Below are positions 38,256 to 51,644 of a stretch of DNA of 64,000 bases, piece by piece. The DNA is from Podarcis pityusensis (lineage: Eukaryota): the NCBI GenBank assembly GCA_964106645.2, contig OZ067040.1. The stretch is one strand, 5' to 3'. Position 1 is the stretch's first letter. Each line of letters opens with the position of its first letter. The notes under the pieces were generated by a model, which made no database searches, was not told where the DNA came from, and saw only the letters and a program-made list of their open reading frames with translations. Made by a program: the position numbers and the translations under genes.

Positions 38256-38409
38256 GCTGGGATAGCTCAGTTAGTAGAACAGGAAACTGTGTATCTCAAG
38301 GCTGTGGGTTTGAGCCTCATGTTGGGCAAAGGATTCCTACAGTGCAGGATGTTGGAATAGATGACTTCATAGTCCCTTCCAACTCTACAGATCTATGGTT
38401 CTATGATTA
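38256..38409 (+). mobile_element. tRNA-derived SINE with a CR1-type 3' tail
   Basis: Head gatagctcagttagtaga with a B-box-like ggtttgagcc. Tail gtcccttccaactcta...ttctatgatt is shared with the CR1 3' end at ~46165-46199. Confidence 0.7.
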
Positions 38410-38529
38410 TGTTTTGCTATTTTAATAAATCCTATCTTTTTTCCAGTCCTGAGGATGAATGAATGTATTTTATCTCCCCGACAACATCTTCAAATCTAAC
38501 TCTGGATTCAGAGTTTCCACCAGGCACAC

Positions 38530-38945
38530 ACTTTCAGGTCCCACTGCGCTCCAGAGGCTTCGAGTTCCTTTTGCTGAAGCCAGGAGAGTCTTGCTCTCCA
38601 GGCTTCAGCGAAAGGAACCTGAGGCTATCTGGAGAGCGAGAGGGGTCGGTGCGCACCGACCCCTCTCGCTCTCCAGATAGCCACCTGAAGCCTCCAGAGC
38701 GCGGCGGGAGTTCCTGCTGCGCTCCGGAGGCTTTGGTTTCCTTTTGCTGAAGGGTAGGTGCCCCTTCAGGTAAGGCGCAGCGCCCCTTCAGCTAAGCGGG
38801 AGAAATGGAAGGGGCTCCATTTCTCCTGCCGCTTCACTGAAGGGGCACTGCGCAGAGAGGGGGAGAATTTTTTTTTTCTTGTTCACCCCCTCTAAAACAA
38901 GGTGCGTCCTATGGTCGGGTGTGTCCTATAGAGCGAAAAATATGG
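38530..38945. mobile_element. Truncated Tc1/mariner (Tigger-like) non-autonomous element
   Basis: GC-rich island ending in gtcctatagagcgaaaaatatgg|TA, the inverse of the CCGTATTTTTCGCTCTATA-type TIR. The left TIR is not found, so the left boundary is approximate. Confidence 0.6.
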
Positions 38946-41236
38946 TAATTCTTAAAGTGTGACCTCTCCATTGTTACCCATGCATGTCTCTACTCCAAAA
39001 TGTAATTATCTATAGTTTCTAGACTATAAAGTAGTCCTAGATTCAAAACTATCAAACGTTAATATATTGCATGTCATCAGTAGACATTTATATCACTTTG
39101 TGAAAAAGAGACTTAAGGAAACACAGTACGAACCCAAACTCTGTTTTTCTTTGAACAATTTAGAAGGTAAAACGATATTTACTTTACACAGGGTAACAGG
39201 GAATGTGCTATACTAAAAGGCACGTGTGCATTTACTTATTTCAAAACAGAAGTTGTCAAAATTGATGGAGAGAAATGGACAAACTGTGGTCTAGATTGAC
39301 AGATGGCTGTCTACTGAACCATTTAGGTGGAAGATTGCTAGAAACACGAGATATAGGGAGAGAGGAACACTACCGATAGGGGTCTTATTCACCAGTCTGG
39401 TAGACCCCCATAAAATGCTTTAAATCTGAGTAGGGATGTTGCTCACTACACAATCACCATCTGCTAAGCAGCTTTGGCAAAGACTACTAAGCTAACCTCC
39501 TTCCATGGGGTGAAGAAAACTAACATTTCCCCCCAATGGAGAACAAAACACTTATCAAAATAACAATCCTCGGCCTTCTTCAGAATAAATAGGAATTGCT
39601 GAGAAACTGATTAAACTGAAATAATATTTCCATGAAACTTCCAAACAACATGCCCTGAATTTAAAATTAGATAAAAATCCTTATCATTACTGTAGCTGTT
39701 TCCCAAGCCCTGTCTTCTTCCTTAATTGATATTCAATGAAATACAGCTAAAGAGCAACAGACGCTGGAACATAAGGGAAAAATGAAATCTTCAAGATGTG
39801 GATGAACATGCTAAGCTGCCTAGTCCAACTGTTACTTTTACCTTTCCAGAAAATCTGTCATGAGCACAGAGTGAAAAAATATATTAAGCATCAATTTTCA
39901 AGAAATTAAATTTTATCTGTAAAATACAGATCATATCATGATGCCACCATGATTCATGCATACACATATTCTGAATAGTTTAAACAAGGTTTTTATATAT
40001 TTATAAAATATATAAAAGTGTACTAAGGTGCACTACTTTTATTTAAAAAAAAACCTTGTGAATCAAATAATTTTTTTATTGTTTTAATTCATAATATTTA
40101 ATCTGAATTACACATCCAGCAGTATGAGCCAGTTCTTCCATTCACACTTGCAGAAAGGTATCAACTAAATGGAACAAGTACAAAGAAGAATAAAGATGAT
40201 ATGTAAAGTAATCCTATGAGGAAATAACTCAGAATATACTCTTGATCTTAGTCTCCTCCCTTAATTGCTGTATTGTTTTAACAAAATTATTACTTTGTGG
40301 ATTTTAGTAATGGATGCTGATATTTTAATGTTTAATTGATTTTTATACAACATAAACTGCTTAGAAACCTATTTTGGCATTAAGTAATTAATGGAATGCA
40401 CATTGTGATATTTCCTCTACAAAAGCACACAACTACCATATAAGAATATCAATATTGTATTTCAAAATAAATTTTCTGTAAGAAATGGCTGAATAGAAGT
40501 ATATCCTGGAAACAGATATATCCTTTGGCTTTCCAGAAAGTTTTGCTCTTACAAGAACCTGAAGTCTAACAAACTCAGACCCAATATTTCTGTACTTAAA
40601 TTTATTCAGCAACTCAGCAATTACCTAGTTCCATAGCTTTCCCCAAAAGCAAGAAAACACTGGTGAAGAAAAACAAATTAAAACATGCTATACATCTATA
40701 TCTACAAACCGAAAGCTCTTTTTTTGTTGAGATCAGGAATTGAATTCCATGTAACAAAGAGAGTTTTTAATTGCAGTGCTCTGAATAGAGTATAATGCCA
40801 AACTTCATGATTAAATTCAGAAGTGCAAGATTATGGCAGATAACCAGGTTTTTGTTTTCTCATCTCCTGAAATCGTGTTACATGGTTACTTATCTCTTAA
40901 AACGATACAGAAAACTTGAGACGTTCTTGCAAAAAAGTCAGCAGGTTTCTAGACTTCAAAGTAATCTTTTGTTAAATAAAGACAGCATATAGCAAGTGAT
41001 ACAGAATATCTTAGCAAAAAGAATCTTTTACAAGATTACGTTTATTATAATAAAGGATGCCAGAGGCTGTATGGCCACCTAACAAAAGCAAAAAGGCAGC
41101 TATTAAAAGTCATACTGACTTTCTTTTCTTAAGGTATGATTTCTGCTTGTCTAAATTCAGGCTAACTGAGAAAATTCACTAGCCCTTACAAAACACTTGA
41201 TATATTACATTTATTATCTGTATACTAGTTAAGTAT

Positions 41237-41592
41237 AAAGGTAAAGGTAAAGGGACCCCTGACCATTAGGTCCAGTCGTGGCCAACTCTGGGGTTGCGGC
41301 GCTCATCTCGCTTTATTGGCCGAGGGAGCAGGCGTACAGCTTCCGGGTCATGTAGCCAGCATGACTAAGCCGCTTCTGGCGAACCAGAGCAGCGCACGGA
41401 AACGCCGTTTACCTTCCTGCCGGAGCGGTACCTATGTATCTACTTGCACTTTGACGTGCTTTCGAACTGCTAGGTTGGCAGGAGCAGGGACCGAGCAATG
41501 GGAGCTCACCCCATTGCAGAGATTCGAACCACCGACCTTCTGATCGGCAAGTCCTAGGCTCTGTGGTTATCCCACAGCGGCAGCTGCGTCCC
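41237..41592 (-). mobile_element. Sauria SINE, full length
   Basis: The minus strand begins GGGACGC.. with a tRNA-like head and ends in an (ACCTTT)n tail. Perfect 11-bp TSD tagttaagtat at 41226-41236 and 41593-41603. Confidence 0.9.
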
Positions 41593-41894
41593 TAGTTAAG
41601 TATGTTAGAACATAATCTAAGGTATTCTTTTAGGTCCTCTTTATGCACACCTGTAGCCATGTAGTGCCTTGTGGGTTGTAGCACATTTTGTGCCTTGTGA
41701 GTTGTAGCAATCATGTATGTGGGAAAATTAGAAACGACACATGATCCGGCCCTGTGCATGTGACTGCACAGATCAGACCATGTTACATCACTGCTGGTTG
41801 TGGGTGTCTGCGAAGCAGGTATGTGGTGCTACACCTATGCAACATTTGGTTTGGCACACCTTAGCTGCACTGGTTCAAGGGCTCCTGAACACCT

Positions 41895-41918
41895 ACACAC
41901 ACACACACACACACACAC
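41895..41918. repeat. (AC)12 microsatellite
   Basis: Seen directly. Confidence 0.95.
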
Positions 41919-42269
41919 TCTTAAACTTTTTTGTGTTATGCAGCAGATCACAGGATTCCCTTTCAAACAACCCTCTCTATTGCAGAGCTTAGAAGCTGTT
42001 GCCTTTAAAAATCTGCATGTTGGCATCATTAAAAACAAAACAAAGACAAAGCAGGGCAAAAACAAAACAGACAGGACCTTTCTGTAGCATAAAGATCATG
42101 GAGATATTATTTAGGTTTCCAAGAACAACTCAAAGAATAACATTTTGACAAGCCTAACACAGCATTCAACTAAGTGCTACTGAGAGTAGACCTATTAAAC
42201 TTAATGAACATCACTATGCTAGGGCCATTAATTTCAGTGGGGCTACTCTGAGTAAAATTTAGTTGAATA

Positions 42270-42546
42270 CAGTCGTACCTCTAGTTGCAAACAGGATCTG
42301 TTCTGGGGTGCCATTTGCACCCCAAAAAGCCCGCAACTAGAGCAGCGCTTCTGTGCAAGCGCAGAGTGCGTGCTATAGAGCGCTTCTGCGCATGTGTGAA
42401 GCACGCAGAACGCGTCTGCACATGCACGAAGCGTGCAGAACGCTTCTGCGCGTGTGACGAAACCCGGAAGTATACACTTCCGGGTTTGCTGTGTTCGCAA
42501 GCCGAAAAGACGCAACATGAACCTAACACAACACAAGGTATGACTG
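42270..42546. mobile_element. Tc1/mariner-type MITE with internal palindromic tandem units
   Basis: TA|cagtcgtacct...aggtatgactg|TA, with internal repeats of gcagaacgcttctgcgcatg. Confidence 0.8.
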
Positions 42547-43292
42547 TACTATCCCTAGTGTGTTGCTCTCCCTCCCCCACCCCGAAGGAGGAGGCTACTT
42601 ATTAAAGAACTGGGTAGTTTTTGGAAAGACATTTGGGCAGATTCAGTTCCTTCCAGAATTTTATATGTGTAAAGGCTGCATATATGTCCATGGTCTGAAT
42701 ATTTCATTTATACATTGTCCTTCATATAAAACCAAGCAGTTTACTATTTTATTTCTCTGAAAACCACAAATCACATTTCTTCCCCTTTATCTCAATAAAG
42801 AAACAATTTCACTAGAATTCCAGACTGGTGTAAGTCCAGAACTAAAAAGCCAGCTGGCACTTAGTAATTTCTGCTGGCACACTGATAAGCAAAGCAGATG
42901 GATCTGTATGGAACTGATTCCAAGTGGCCGGATGGGGGGGCAGCATCCAGACTAGAAAAAAAGAAAAAGGTAGAACAGCATATAGGAGCTGTCATTGTTC
43001 TGGCAGATGTCCGGAAGTAGGTAAAGAATGAAAACCTACTGGCAAGCATTTGTATGCCTGAAATGATCAGTTTCGCTAAATTCAGGTTGACTTCTTGGCT
43101 TAACTGTTCATGAGACTCAGGAGAAAGAAATTAGAAGCAGAGGCTATCTTTCATACAACAGTCATTCTAGCACAAGATCTCAGTGGAATTTCAAAGCTTG
43201 TTTTGCTCACCAGGGACATTGCTAACAAGACCCGGGGGCCCAAGTCTACATGAAATAAATTTGCAAATGCTAATTCAGACCATCTTTCAGGT

Positions 43293-43654
43293 AAAGGTAA
43301 AGGTAAAGGTACCCCTGACCGTTAGGTCCAATTGCGGACTACTCTGGGGTTGTGGCGCTCATCTCACTTTACTGGCCGAGGGAGCTGGCATTTGTCTGCA
43401 GACAGCTTCTGGGTCATGTGGCCAGCATGACTAAGTCACTTCTGGCAAACCAGAGCAGCGCACGGAAATGCCGTTTACCTTGCCGCCAGAGCGGTACCTA
43501 TTTATCTACTTGCACTTTGATGTGCTTTTGAACTGCTAGGTGGGCAGGAGCTGGGACCGAACAACGGGCGCTAACACCATAGAGGGATTCAAACCACCAA
43601 CCTTCTGATCAGCAAGCCCTAGGCTCAGTGGTTTGGACCACAGCGCCACCCATG
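43293..43654 (-). mobile_element. Sauria SINE, near full length
   Basis: Homologous to the 41237-41592 copy, with an (ACCTTT)n tail. TSD tctttcaggt at 43283-43292 and 43655-43664. Confidence 0.9.
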
Positions 43655-44761
43655 TCTTTCAGGTTGAAAGAAGCAAATACTGGCTCTTGCCCAACTTCAA
43701 ATACCATCTGGGGACATAATGGAACAGCTCAGAAAACGCACTTCACACCTTATTTCATGTTCCAAGATGCCCACCAAAAGATGATGGTCTCACATATTGC
43801 CTGAAGGAGAGAAAAAGTGCACATATGCAGTTGTACGACTGATGTGACACCGTTTACCTTGACATCTGACTTAGACTGGAATTATCCGACCTGCCTCTCT
43901 TGACTTTAAACCTAGCTAGAGCCAGCAGCTAAGGGTATGGTGGTGGTGAGCAAAGAACAAGTAGATTGTAGCAGAACATAAATGCACATGCACCCGGTAG
44001 TCTTCAGGACCTCTCATCTGTCAAAGTCTACACCTATCAATACTCTGCTAAAATATATTTAAATTCTTCTATGTTTTATCATTTGAATTGATATGACCTG
44101 CCAGCAGCTTGTGTTCTGTTCCTAATGGGACTGTTGTTGCATAGAATCTGCCTAGCTACAAGCATCTCGACCACATTGTATCCTACTGATCCATATGACG
44201 GGTTGGAAATTAATTATGACATTTGAAAGTGACATTTAGAATCTATCAACAATGCATACTATGGAAGAATAGACCAGCTGGCAACACAACTAGATTCTGC
44301 AGCTATCTGTATCATAACAGGACTTTAAAACACAATTCTCACTTAGATCCTGATGAAGGTTCTATTTTTGTATCACAGTCTAAATAAGGCAAGCATCAGC
44401 CATTGAGCCACACAAGAAGGCATTTGACTTGGAACAGGACCCATTTCTGCAGATAAAAACCCCTTATATCATCTGCAAAAAGGAGTTATCACAAGGACTG
44501 TTCCATGTCAAGCTTAGTTTTAAAAAGATGCTAGAGAGAAACACCACGGCAGCTTTTGGACTGTTGCTGAAAAACAGCCAGCATGGACTATAAAGCAGGT
44601 TCATGAACTTTATCAATAATACAGTTCAGTGTAGTTTTGGAAATGGAAACCCTTTTACTTTTTTTTACTGAGTCAGGAATTCCAACAGATGTACTGCCAG
44701 AGCAGATTAACTGAAATATGTTTGGTTTAACGGAATTTAGCTGATTTTGCCAATTTTGTCC

Positions 44762-44764
<3 letters not shown>

Positions 44765-44793
<29 letters not shown>
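44765..44793. repeat. (TG)n microsatellite
   Basis: Seen directly. Confidence 0.95.
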
Positions 44794-44795
<2 letters not shown>

Positions 44796-45065
44796 CTAAG
44801 AGGTTTACCTAAAAACAATAAAAATGCAACAACATTTAATAAAATTTACCGGGGGGAAAACCCTTTTAAAAAATGAAACAAAACGTTGCAAATAAAACAG
44901 AGGAGCATACAAACAAAACCATGAGAGTCAAGAGTTCGGGAAAGCTGGAGTAGGCAAGTACGTTTTTAAGAGATGCTTACTCTTCTTCCATCATTACATT
45001 CCCAAAGGCAACAGGAAATTAGTTGTCCACAGAACAGTTTACATGCAAATGGCATAACTCAACTA

Positions 45066-45291
45066 CAGTGGTACCCTGGGTTACATATGCTTCAGGTTAC
45101 AGACTCCGCTAACCCAGAAATAGTGCTTCAGGTTAAGAACTTTGCTTCAGGATGAGAACAGAAATCGTGCTCTGGCGGCACGGCAGCAGCAGGAGGCCCC
45201 ATTAGCTAAAGTGGTGCTTCAGGTTAAGAACAGTTTCAGGTTAAGAACAGACCTCCGGAACGAATTAAGTACTTAACCCGAGGTACCACTA
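45066..45291. mobile_element. Tc1/mariner-type MITE (TIR CAGTGGTACCTCGGGTTA), copy 1
   Basis: TA-flanked, with terminal inverted repeats and an internal caggttaagaac repeat. Same family as 50753 and 55623. Confidence 0.85.
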
Positions 45292-45759
45292 TATATATAT
45301 ATATATGTTCTGCAAACTAACTGACTTTGATGTACATGTGAGAACCAAGCATGCAGCCAGGACTCTGCCACATGGCTAAGAAGAAATTCACCTTTTTGGT
45401 TATCAGAGTTCCTGCTGTTTCCAAAATAGCTCTTTGTACCACTATCACAATCTTTCAAATGTAACATCTCTTCATCTCTGTTCAAACATAGAGGGCCCCC
45501 CCCCCAGGTTTATCACAGAGTGCTGTCCATTTGAGACTAAAACTGTCAAGCATTATTCAATAGATTCCAATGAAAGCAACTGCTTACACACTGGCCACCT
45601 TTTTGGCCAAAATGTATTCAAGTGAAGAGAAAGTGGCAGCCAATAGCAGATTCCTTTTTCAAATCACATCACACAGGAAGACACTCCTCTAGAATTATCT
45701 GCAACAGAATTGTTAGGTTGGTCCTGCTCAGAACAATTTAAGAAGGATATTGACAAGCC

Positions 45760-46199
45760 CAAACATGATGATCAAGGGTCTAGAAACCAAACCTTATGAG
45801 GAAAGGTTGAGAGAGTTGGCTATGTTTAGCCTGGAAAAGAGGAGACTGAGAGGAGATATGATGGCCTTCTTCAAATATCTAAAGGGCTGTCACAAAGGAA
45901 GATGGAGCAAGTTTGTCTTCTCCTGTTCCGGAGGATAGGACTTGAACTAACAGATTCAAGTTACAAGAAAGGAAATTCTGACTAAATATCAGAAAGAGCT
46001 TTCTGACAATAAGAGCTGGCAGCAGAACAGAATCCCTCGGAAGGTGGTGGACTCTCCTTCATTGGATATTTTTAAGTAGAGGTTGGGTGGTCATCTGTCA
46101 TGGATGCTTTAGTTGAGATTCTTGCATAGCAAGATGCAAGCATAGCAACATATATGACCCTGGGATCCCTTCCAACTCTACAGTTCTGTGATTCTATGA
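45760..46199 (+). mobile_element. CR1 LINE 3' fragment
   Basis: Encodes MIKGLETKPYEERLRELAMFSLEKRRLRGDM..FKYLKG (CR1 ORF2 C-terminus) and ends in the CR1 terminal repeat ttctgtgattctatga. Confidence 0.9.
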
Positions 46200-47169
46200 A
46201 ATGACTTGGACAGAAAGCCATAAATAGTTTTGTGGGTATTTTCTTTTTCAAAATCTATTTCAGTTAACAGCAAAAGGGTCAGGCATAGGCCTTTCTTTTC
46301 TGTCTTTCAGCTTGCAAAATGTAGAGATAAGCAGGCATGACTGAAGCAATTGCGATTTATCATCCACAAGTGTACTAAGATTACATCCCCGTAGAAATCC
46401 AAATTAGCTCAAGACAAATGGAGATAATCACATTGAGCGCTCCCCAGTGACAGCCTGTTAACAAATATCATTTGTAATGCCTGTTTCAGCTTCATGCCAC
46501 TGGAAAGCCTATTGGATTCCCTGAGTCATGCTGATAGCATCTTTTCAACCACTTTCCTTGAATTTTCTCCTTTAGATAATGGTGAGAGAATAAGATAAAG
46601 GATGTGCTTAAATATGGTAATGTATTATACTTTCAACTTGGATTTCCAAGGTGTTCCTTCTCTTCTCTAATCTTTGGATTTTTTTTATTTTAAGCATTCA
46701 ATCAGCTTGTCTGCGACGCTGAACAAGGGATGAAAATCACACAGCAGCTGTGTTGTTGAAACAAAACAAATGCATGCACATTTAAACCAACACATTCTAA
46801 ATATTCTTTGTAGAAAAAGGAACAGTAGACAGGAGCTAGAAATGCACTGCATACAAGACTAAACAAAACCGTGCCATTTCTCTTGACAGAAGTAAGAGCC
46901 TCAAGTAAGCTGCTACAACTAGCAGCTTATCCCATTCTACCACTAGGGTCCAACATCTTACTGAGGTTTTCCTCAAAGATCATTTCAGACCACAGATGCT
47001 CTTTTCATGTATAACTAGTTTGTGCAATACTGCTCTGCTTACTTGAGACTCCTAGCCATTCTCTCCAAGCATGTACTTTTGTAAGCAACTATTATCATGT
47101 GAGGTGAGAGAATACAGAGCACAGACATTTCCACTTAGGAAATTTTTCCATACTATAATTATGCAGAAG

Positions 47170-47700
47170 CGGATGACTGTGAACAAGCAGAGGTTACAGC
47201 AAAGCAAACTGGAGGCACTATGAACTGGGAGGTTATCTCCTGTACACGACAGTTTACAGCTAGTCCTAGATGGAGTGGCACTCCATTTTAAAGACCAGTC
47301 CCGCTCTCTTGAACGTCGCATGAGGACCAGAACACATTTTCTCAGCTTTGTCTGGTACATTAACGGCAGTCTTTTCTGAAGAAACCTCCATGTGGCTCTA
47401 TGTGGGGCTGTCTTTGAAGATGACTTTGAAACTTCATCTGGTTCAAAATGCACCTGTCAGAGTCCTGACAAGGGCATGTCATTTGGACCATGTAACACCA
47501 TTATTATACCAGTGCCCTCTTGAGCCCAATTCAAAATGTTAATTTTATAAACTAAACAGTTTTTGAAGGGCCACCTGTATCCATATTATCTGGTTCACAA
47601 GTTAATTTTAGCAACCAAGGCCAACTTAGGGAAGTGAGTTTGCCAGGAATGACACAGGAGACCTTTTCTATGGTGGTCCCATGGCTCTAGAACCCATTAA
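47170..47700 (+). mobile_element. Degraded L2-clade LINE 3' fragment
   Basis: LYVGLSLKMTLKLHLVQNAPVRVLT..HVTPLL resembles the L2 ORF2 C-terminal LQLVQNAAARLLT..HITP motif. Confidence 0.7.
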
Positions 47701-49693
47701 CAAAAGGTGAAAAAGGTGAAAAATGAGCATAATATTTTAGCTGCAGTTCATTCATTTTCAGCTTTGGATTCTTGTTATAAAAAAAAGTGTGCCTAGACAT
47801 TCCGTTATTGCGCCCATAACTTCGGTTTAAGGTGCCATTTAGCACCTAGCTTTCAAATCTCAGTTTCTAATACTGTGCACGTCACAACTATTGAATCTAG
47901 TTAATTTTTTTTCTTACATACTTCACAGCCAGCAGAATGCTTTTGGACTAAATGCACAACTATAGTTCAATAGATTCCATTTCTCAGCATGGAACCAGCA
48001 ACTATTATGTATAAATATATTCTTTAAGATTTTCATTGCATAGGACTCCTTGCAATTCTTCAGAAGAGCATTTGAAAGACAGACATTTTCCAAAGCCAAG
48101 TGCATATGAACTGTGAATGGCTTCAAATAGTTAAAAACCATAAAGAATAAATGGGTATAGCTACCAGCGCTAGCAAACAGTATTGATTTTATTTTCTCCC
48201 TTGGAAACAAGGCAGCCTAGCTTAACCATGCTGCCTCTTGCCTATCTTTTATTTCATTATTCTGAATTGATATAAATTTCACATCTCAGCATCAACATAA
48301 ATCCAGGGCTAAAACTGTTACTCATATTAAATGGTCCCCTTTTGCTTAACAGGCCATTAATTGAACATATGATTAATACATAAAACAAGTAATCTTCTCA
48401 GCAGAAATTAACCACCAGCGAGGGATGACCCATATTTCTCATCAACATATTGATCCAATGAATCATAGGAAAAACAAAGCCTGAGCAATAAGATGTTATT
48501 CTCTGTATAAGATTAGGGAAACATGTAGGAAGGTCTGCTGATTTATCTTTTAATTTGTTTATTTTACATGCTAACCAGATGTCTTCTGGGATTTAATTCA
48601 AACACTTAAAGCATTGCTTCCTAAGCTATGTCTGGAACCAGGACAGTATAGAAACGCATCTCCAACCTTAGTCTACAAAACCAATGCGCCAATAAGCTGG
48701 GATAACTAATGAATCACCACAGAAACTGGGGCCCTTCAGCAACAAAAGCAATGGTATATATGAACGCACTGATGATGGAGAATCAATATTTACTGAAAAC
48801 AAAAGAGCCTGCAAATTTTACATATATAGGTCTGAAACCGACCTCTGGTGCATTTTTATTAAATGGGAAATTGCAGCAAATTTAAAATTAAAACCTTATG
48901 CAAGCAGGAACAAGCATAAAAGCTAGCTATTAACTTGTATTTTACACTGTTTCTATGGTTATTGATTAGCCATCTTGCCTCAAAGGGAAGCTGTCATTGG
49001 CAACCTCTCCCCCTCTATGTGGCCCAATTGAACATACCTCCGTATCACCCAAAACATATGGTTTAAAATAAAAAAACCCAAAGGTTAAATGCAATTATAC
49101 TTTTTATGAGTTATTGGATTAACCTAGCTTGAGTTATTTTTACTAATATATTTCAAACATTTTTGAGAAGAAAGGACAGAAGCAGTATGCACTCTGACAA
49201 ATACATATTTACTGACCTAATATATTTGTTCAGCACTTTACACCTGAACTCTAAAATAAGAATATTTCAAAGTCAAAAGTTTAAACTGCTTTGTTTGATT
49301 CCACATGTTCCATATATCAGAGATTGTCCTGAAACTTGTAATCAGCTGGATGGGTTCAATCTCATTTCTAGGATGGCTCTTCAGGCTTTCTTTTCCAGCC
49401 TCCTCTTCAGCTACAGTTGGAACTTGTGATGATATTATTGTGTCTGGCTGAAACCAACTAGAGCTGCACGTTGCATAAATAAGTTTTATGGAGACCACAT
49501 TACAGCAGGAAGAGTATAATCATCTGAAACACTGGTGTGATATTTTCTTCCCTCTTTGACTTGTTTAGTTCCTTGATAAAAGTACAAAAGTCACAGGGAT
49601 GCGAAAGCAGGCAGACGCAAGCAGGCACATAGTTTTACTGCTAAAGAAAAAAATCTGTAATGATATGGTGTGTTATTATTGTCAACTTCCTAC

Positions 49694-49846
49694 CTCTTAG
49701 TACCGACTTCAGGTTCAGCTTGGCTTGGCGGTGCAGATCCTCTACACAGGGTGGCCTTGAGGTGGGTAGAAACACATTCTCTTGTTGATGCCAGGGTGCA
49801 GTGTAATGGACTGTCCATCTGCTCTCTTCATCTAGATTGGAGACAG
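49694..49846 (-). CDS. NHSL1: NHSL1 exon 2 (VSNLDEESRWTVHYTAPWHQQENVFLPTSRPPCVEDLHRQAKLNLKSVLR)
   Basis: Acceptor tctcttatttacag|, donor AGAG|GTAGGA, 153 nt. Encodes the C-terminal part of the WAVE-homology region of NHS-family proteins. Confidence 0.95.
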
Positions 49847-50399
49847 CTGTAAATAAGAGAGAGTCAAATTAGAAAGGAATGCTGCTATTAACCTGAAGTT
49901 ATGCTCTACAACAGGAGTGGGGGAGAATTTTGCTCTGTCGGATCAGATATCAGCCCCCTCCCCATGGCCTATCTTTAGCAGATGGGTAGGATAACACACC
50001 TGTCAATCATCTGATGTCATAATGAGGAGAGGTGATTGACAGGCGGGCTCTCCTACCCCGCCTGTCAAAGGTTGTCTGTTGTTGGGGGGGGGGAGAGAAG
50101 AATAAGTGACTTCAAAGCACCACACAAGGATTGCAAATAACCCTGCTCATCAACAGGCTTTGATTCCTCGTTCAGCTATGGGCAGAAACTTTAGTGCTTT
50201 ATTTTTCTGCAGAAAATTTTACATTACGTAAGTTCATTAGTAACAATGAATGGGTGTCAACTGCAGATTCATTATTAGGCAGTTTCCAAGTTTTTAGCTT
50301 TGTATCTCACATACAAGAAAAATAAACATGAAAATTAAGATCACTCTCTGAAGCATCAGGAAAAAATCATGGGGCAACTTACTCTAATTTCACGTCAAA

Positions 50400-51005
50400 G
50401 TTTTCCAGAAACAATTCCATTTCTAATTTTCTCTGAAAGCTTTTATCACTGGATAAAAGACACTGGACCATACTGAAAGCTCTACAAAATATAAAGATCT
50501 CAGCATGACACATAGTAGGACTTCCAATGCTGAATTCATGGGAGGGAGGATCACATGGGAGACAGTGGTCCTTCAGATAGCCTGATCCCAATCCATTTAG
50601 GGATGTGTAGATGAGAACCAGAACTCTGAACTTTATTGTAATCAGAAACAAACTAGAAGCCAGTGCAGATGGAAGAGAAGTGGAATGAAATGATCTGTAA
50701 AGTAATAAATCATATTATAATTGCTTTTTGCACCAACTGAAGTTTCTGAATACAGTGGTACCTCAGGTTACAGACGCTTCAGGTTACAGACTCCGCTAAC
50801 CAAGAAATAGTACCTCAGGTTAAGAACTTTGCTTCAGGATGAGAACAGAAATCGTGCTGTGATGGCATGGCGGCAGCGGGAGGCTCCATTAGCTAAAGTG
50901 GTGCCTCAGGTTAAGAACAGACCTCCGGAACGAATTAAGTTCTTAACCCGAGGTACTACTGTAATTTCCAAAGCCCATTTAGACTTTGTTAACAGTAATC
51001 CAATT
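50400..51005 (-). mobile_element. Degraded L2-clade LINE fragment interrupted by a MITE
   Basis: The minus strand gives LDYC..., QKLQLVQ and IKFRVLVLIYTSLNGLGSGYLKD remnants on either side of the MITE at 50753-50961. Confidence 0.7.
50753..50961. mobile_element. Tc1/mariner-type MITE, copy 2
   Basis: TA|cagtggtacctcaggtta...taacccgaggtactactg|TA. Confidence 0.85.
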
Positions 51006-51563
51006 TTTATAACAACAGCATAGCAATGACACTTCAGTTCAGGTCAGCCCAACTTTTCATACCAAGTAGGCCACAAGAGTTCTTCAACAGGGAACCCATG
51101 GACCATACGCTGCCTTGTATCATGGGGGTGGGGGAGGCCAAAATTTGATGCCCAGTTCCACTCATTGCACTGCCTTCCCTAAGCAAGTTAAAAGGTGCCA
51201 GGCTCTGGGAAGGAGGTGCGTGGCTCTCCTGCCCACCAGTGGAGAAGCAGCAGTGGCAGCTTCTGGCGCGATCTTGCCCACACCTCACAATATCTTGCTG
51301 TGCATTGCCACATGACCCAAGGAAGGGATGCTTTGGTGGAAGCAGGGTAGGGTTACACTTTCCTGTTTCACCTCAGGTGGCGAAATGGGAAACATCACCC
51401 CAGATAATTACTATAGGTTTTGTTTCTTATCTGTATAATGGGTTCTTACTTGTGGCCTGCTTATACAAAAAAGGTGTATAGTGGGTAACTGTATGATAAA
51501 GGTATGAGGAAAGACTTAGAAGAGAAACGAAAAGGATGCTGCTAATACTGTAATTTGAGGAGA

Positions 51564-51644
51564 AAATTAATTAACTGGGGCATTTTGAGTACCACACTGA
51601 GAAAAGTGCAGTGTGGTACTCAAAATGCCCCAGTTAATTAATTT
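51564..51644. repeat. Perfect 36-bp inverted repeat with a 9-nt loop
   Basis: aaattaattaactggggcattttgagtaccacactg (51564-51599), with its exact reverse complement at 51609-51644. Confidence 0.95.

Noticed and set aside
42243-42605. Cys-rich repetitive ORFs on both strands
   Set aside because: Produced by the palindromic tandem units of the MITE at 42270-42546.
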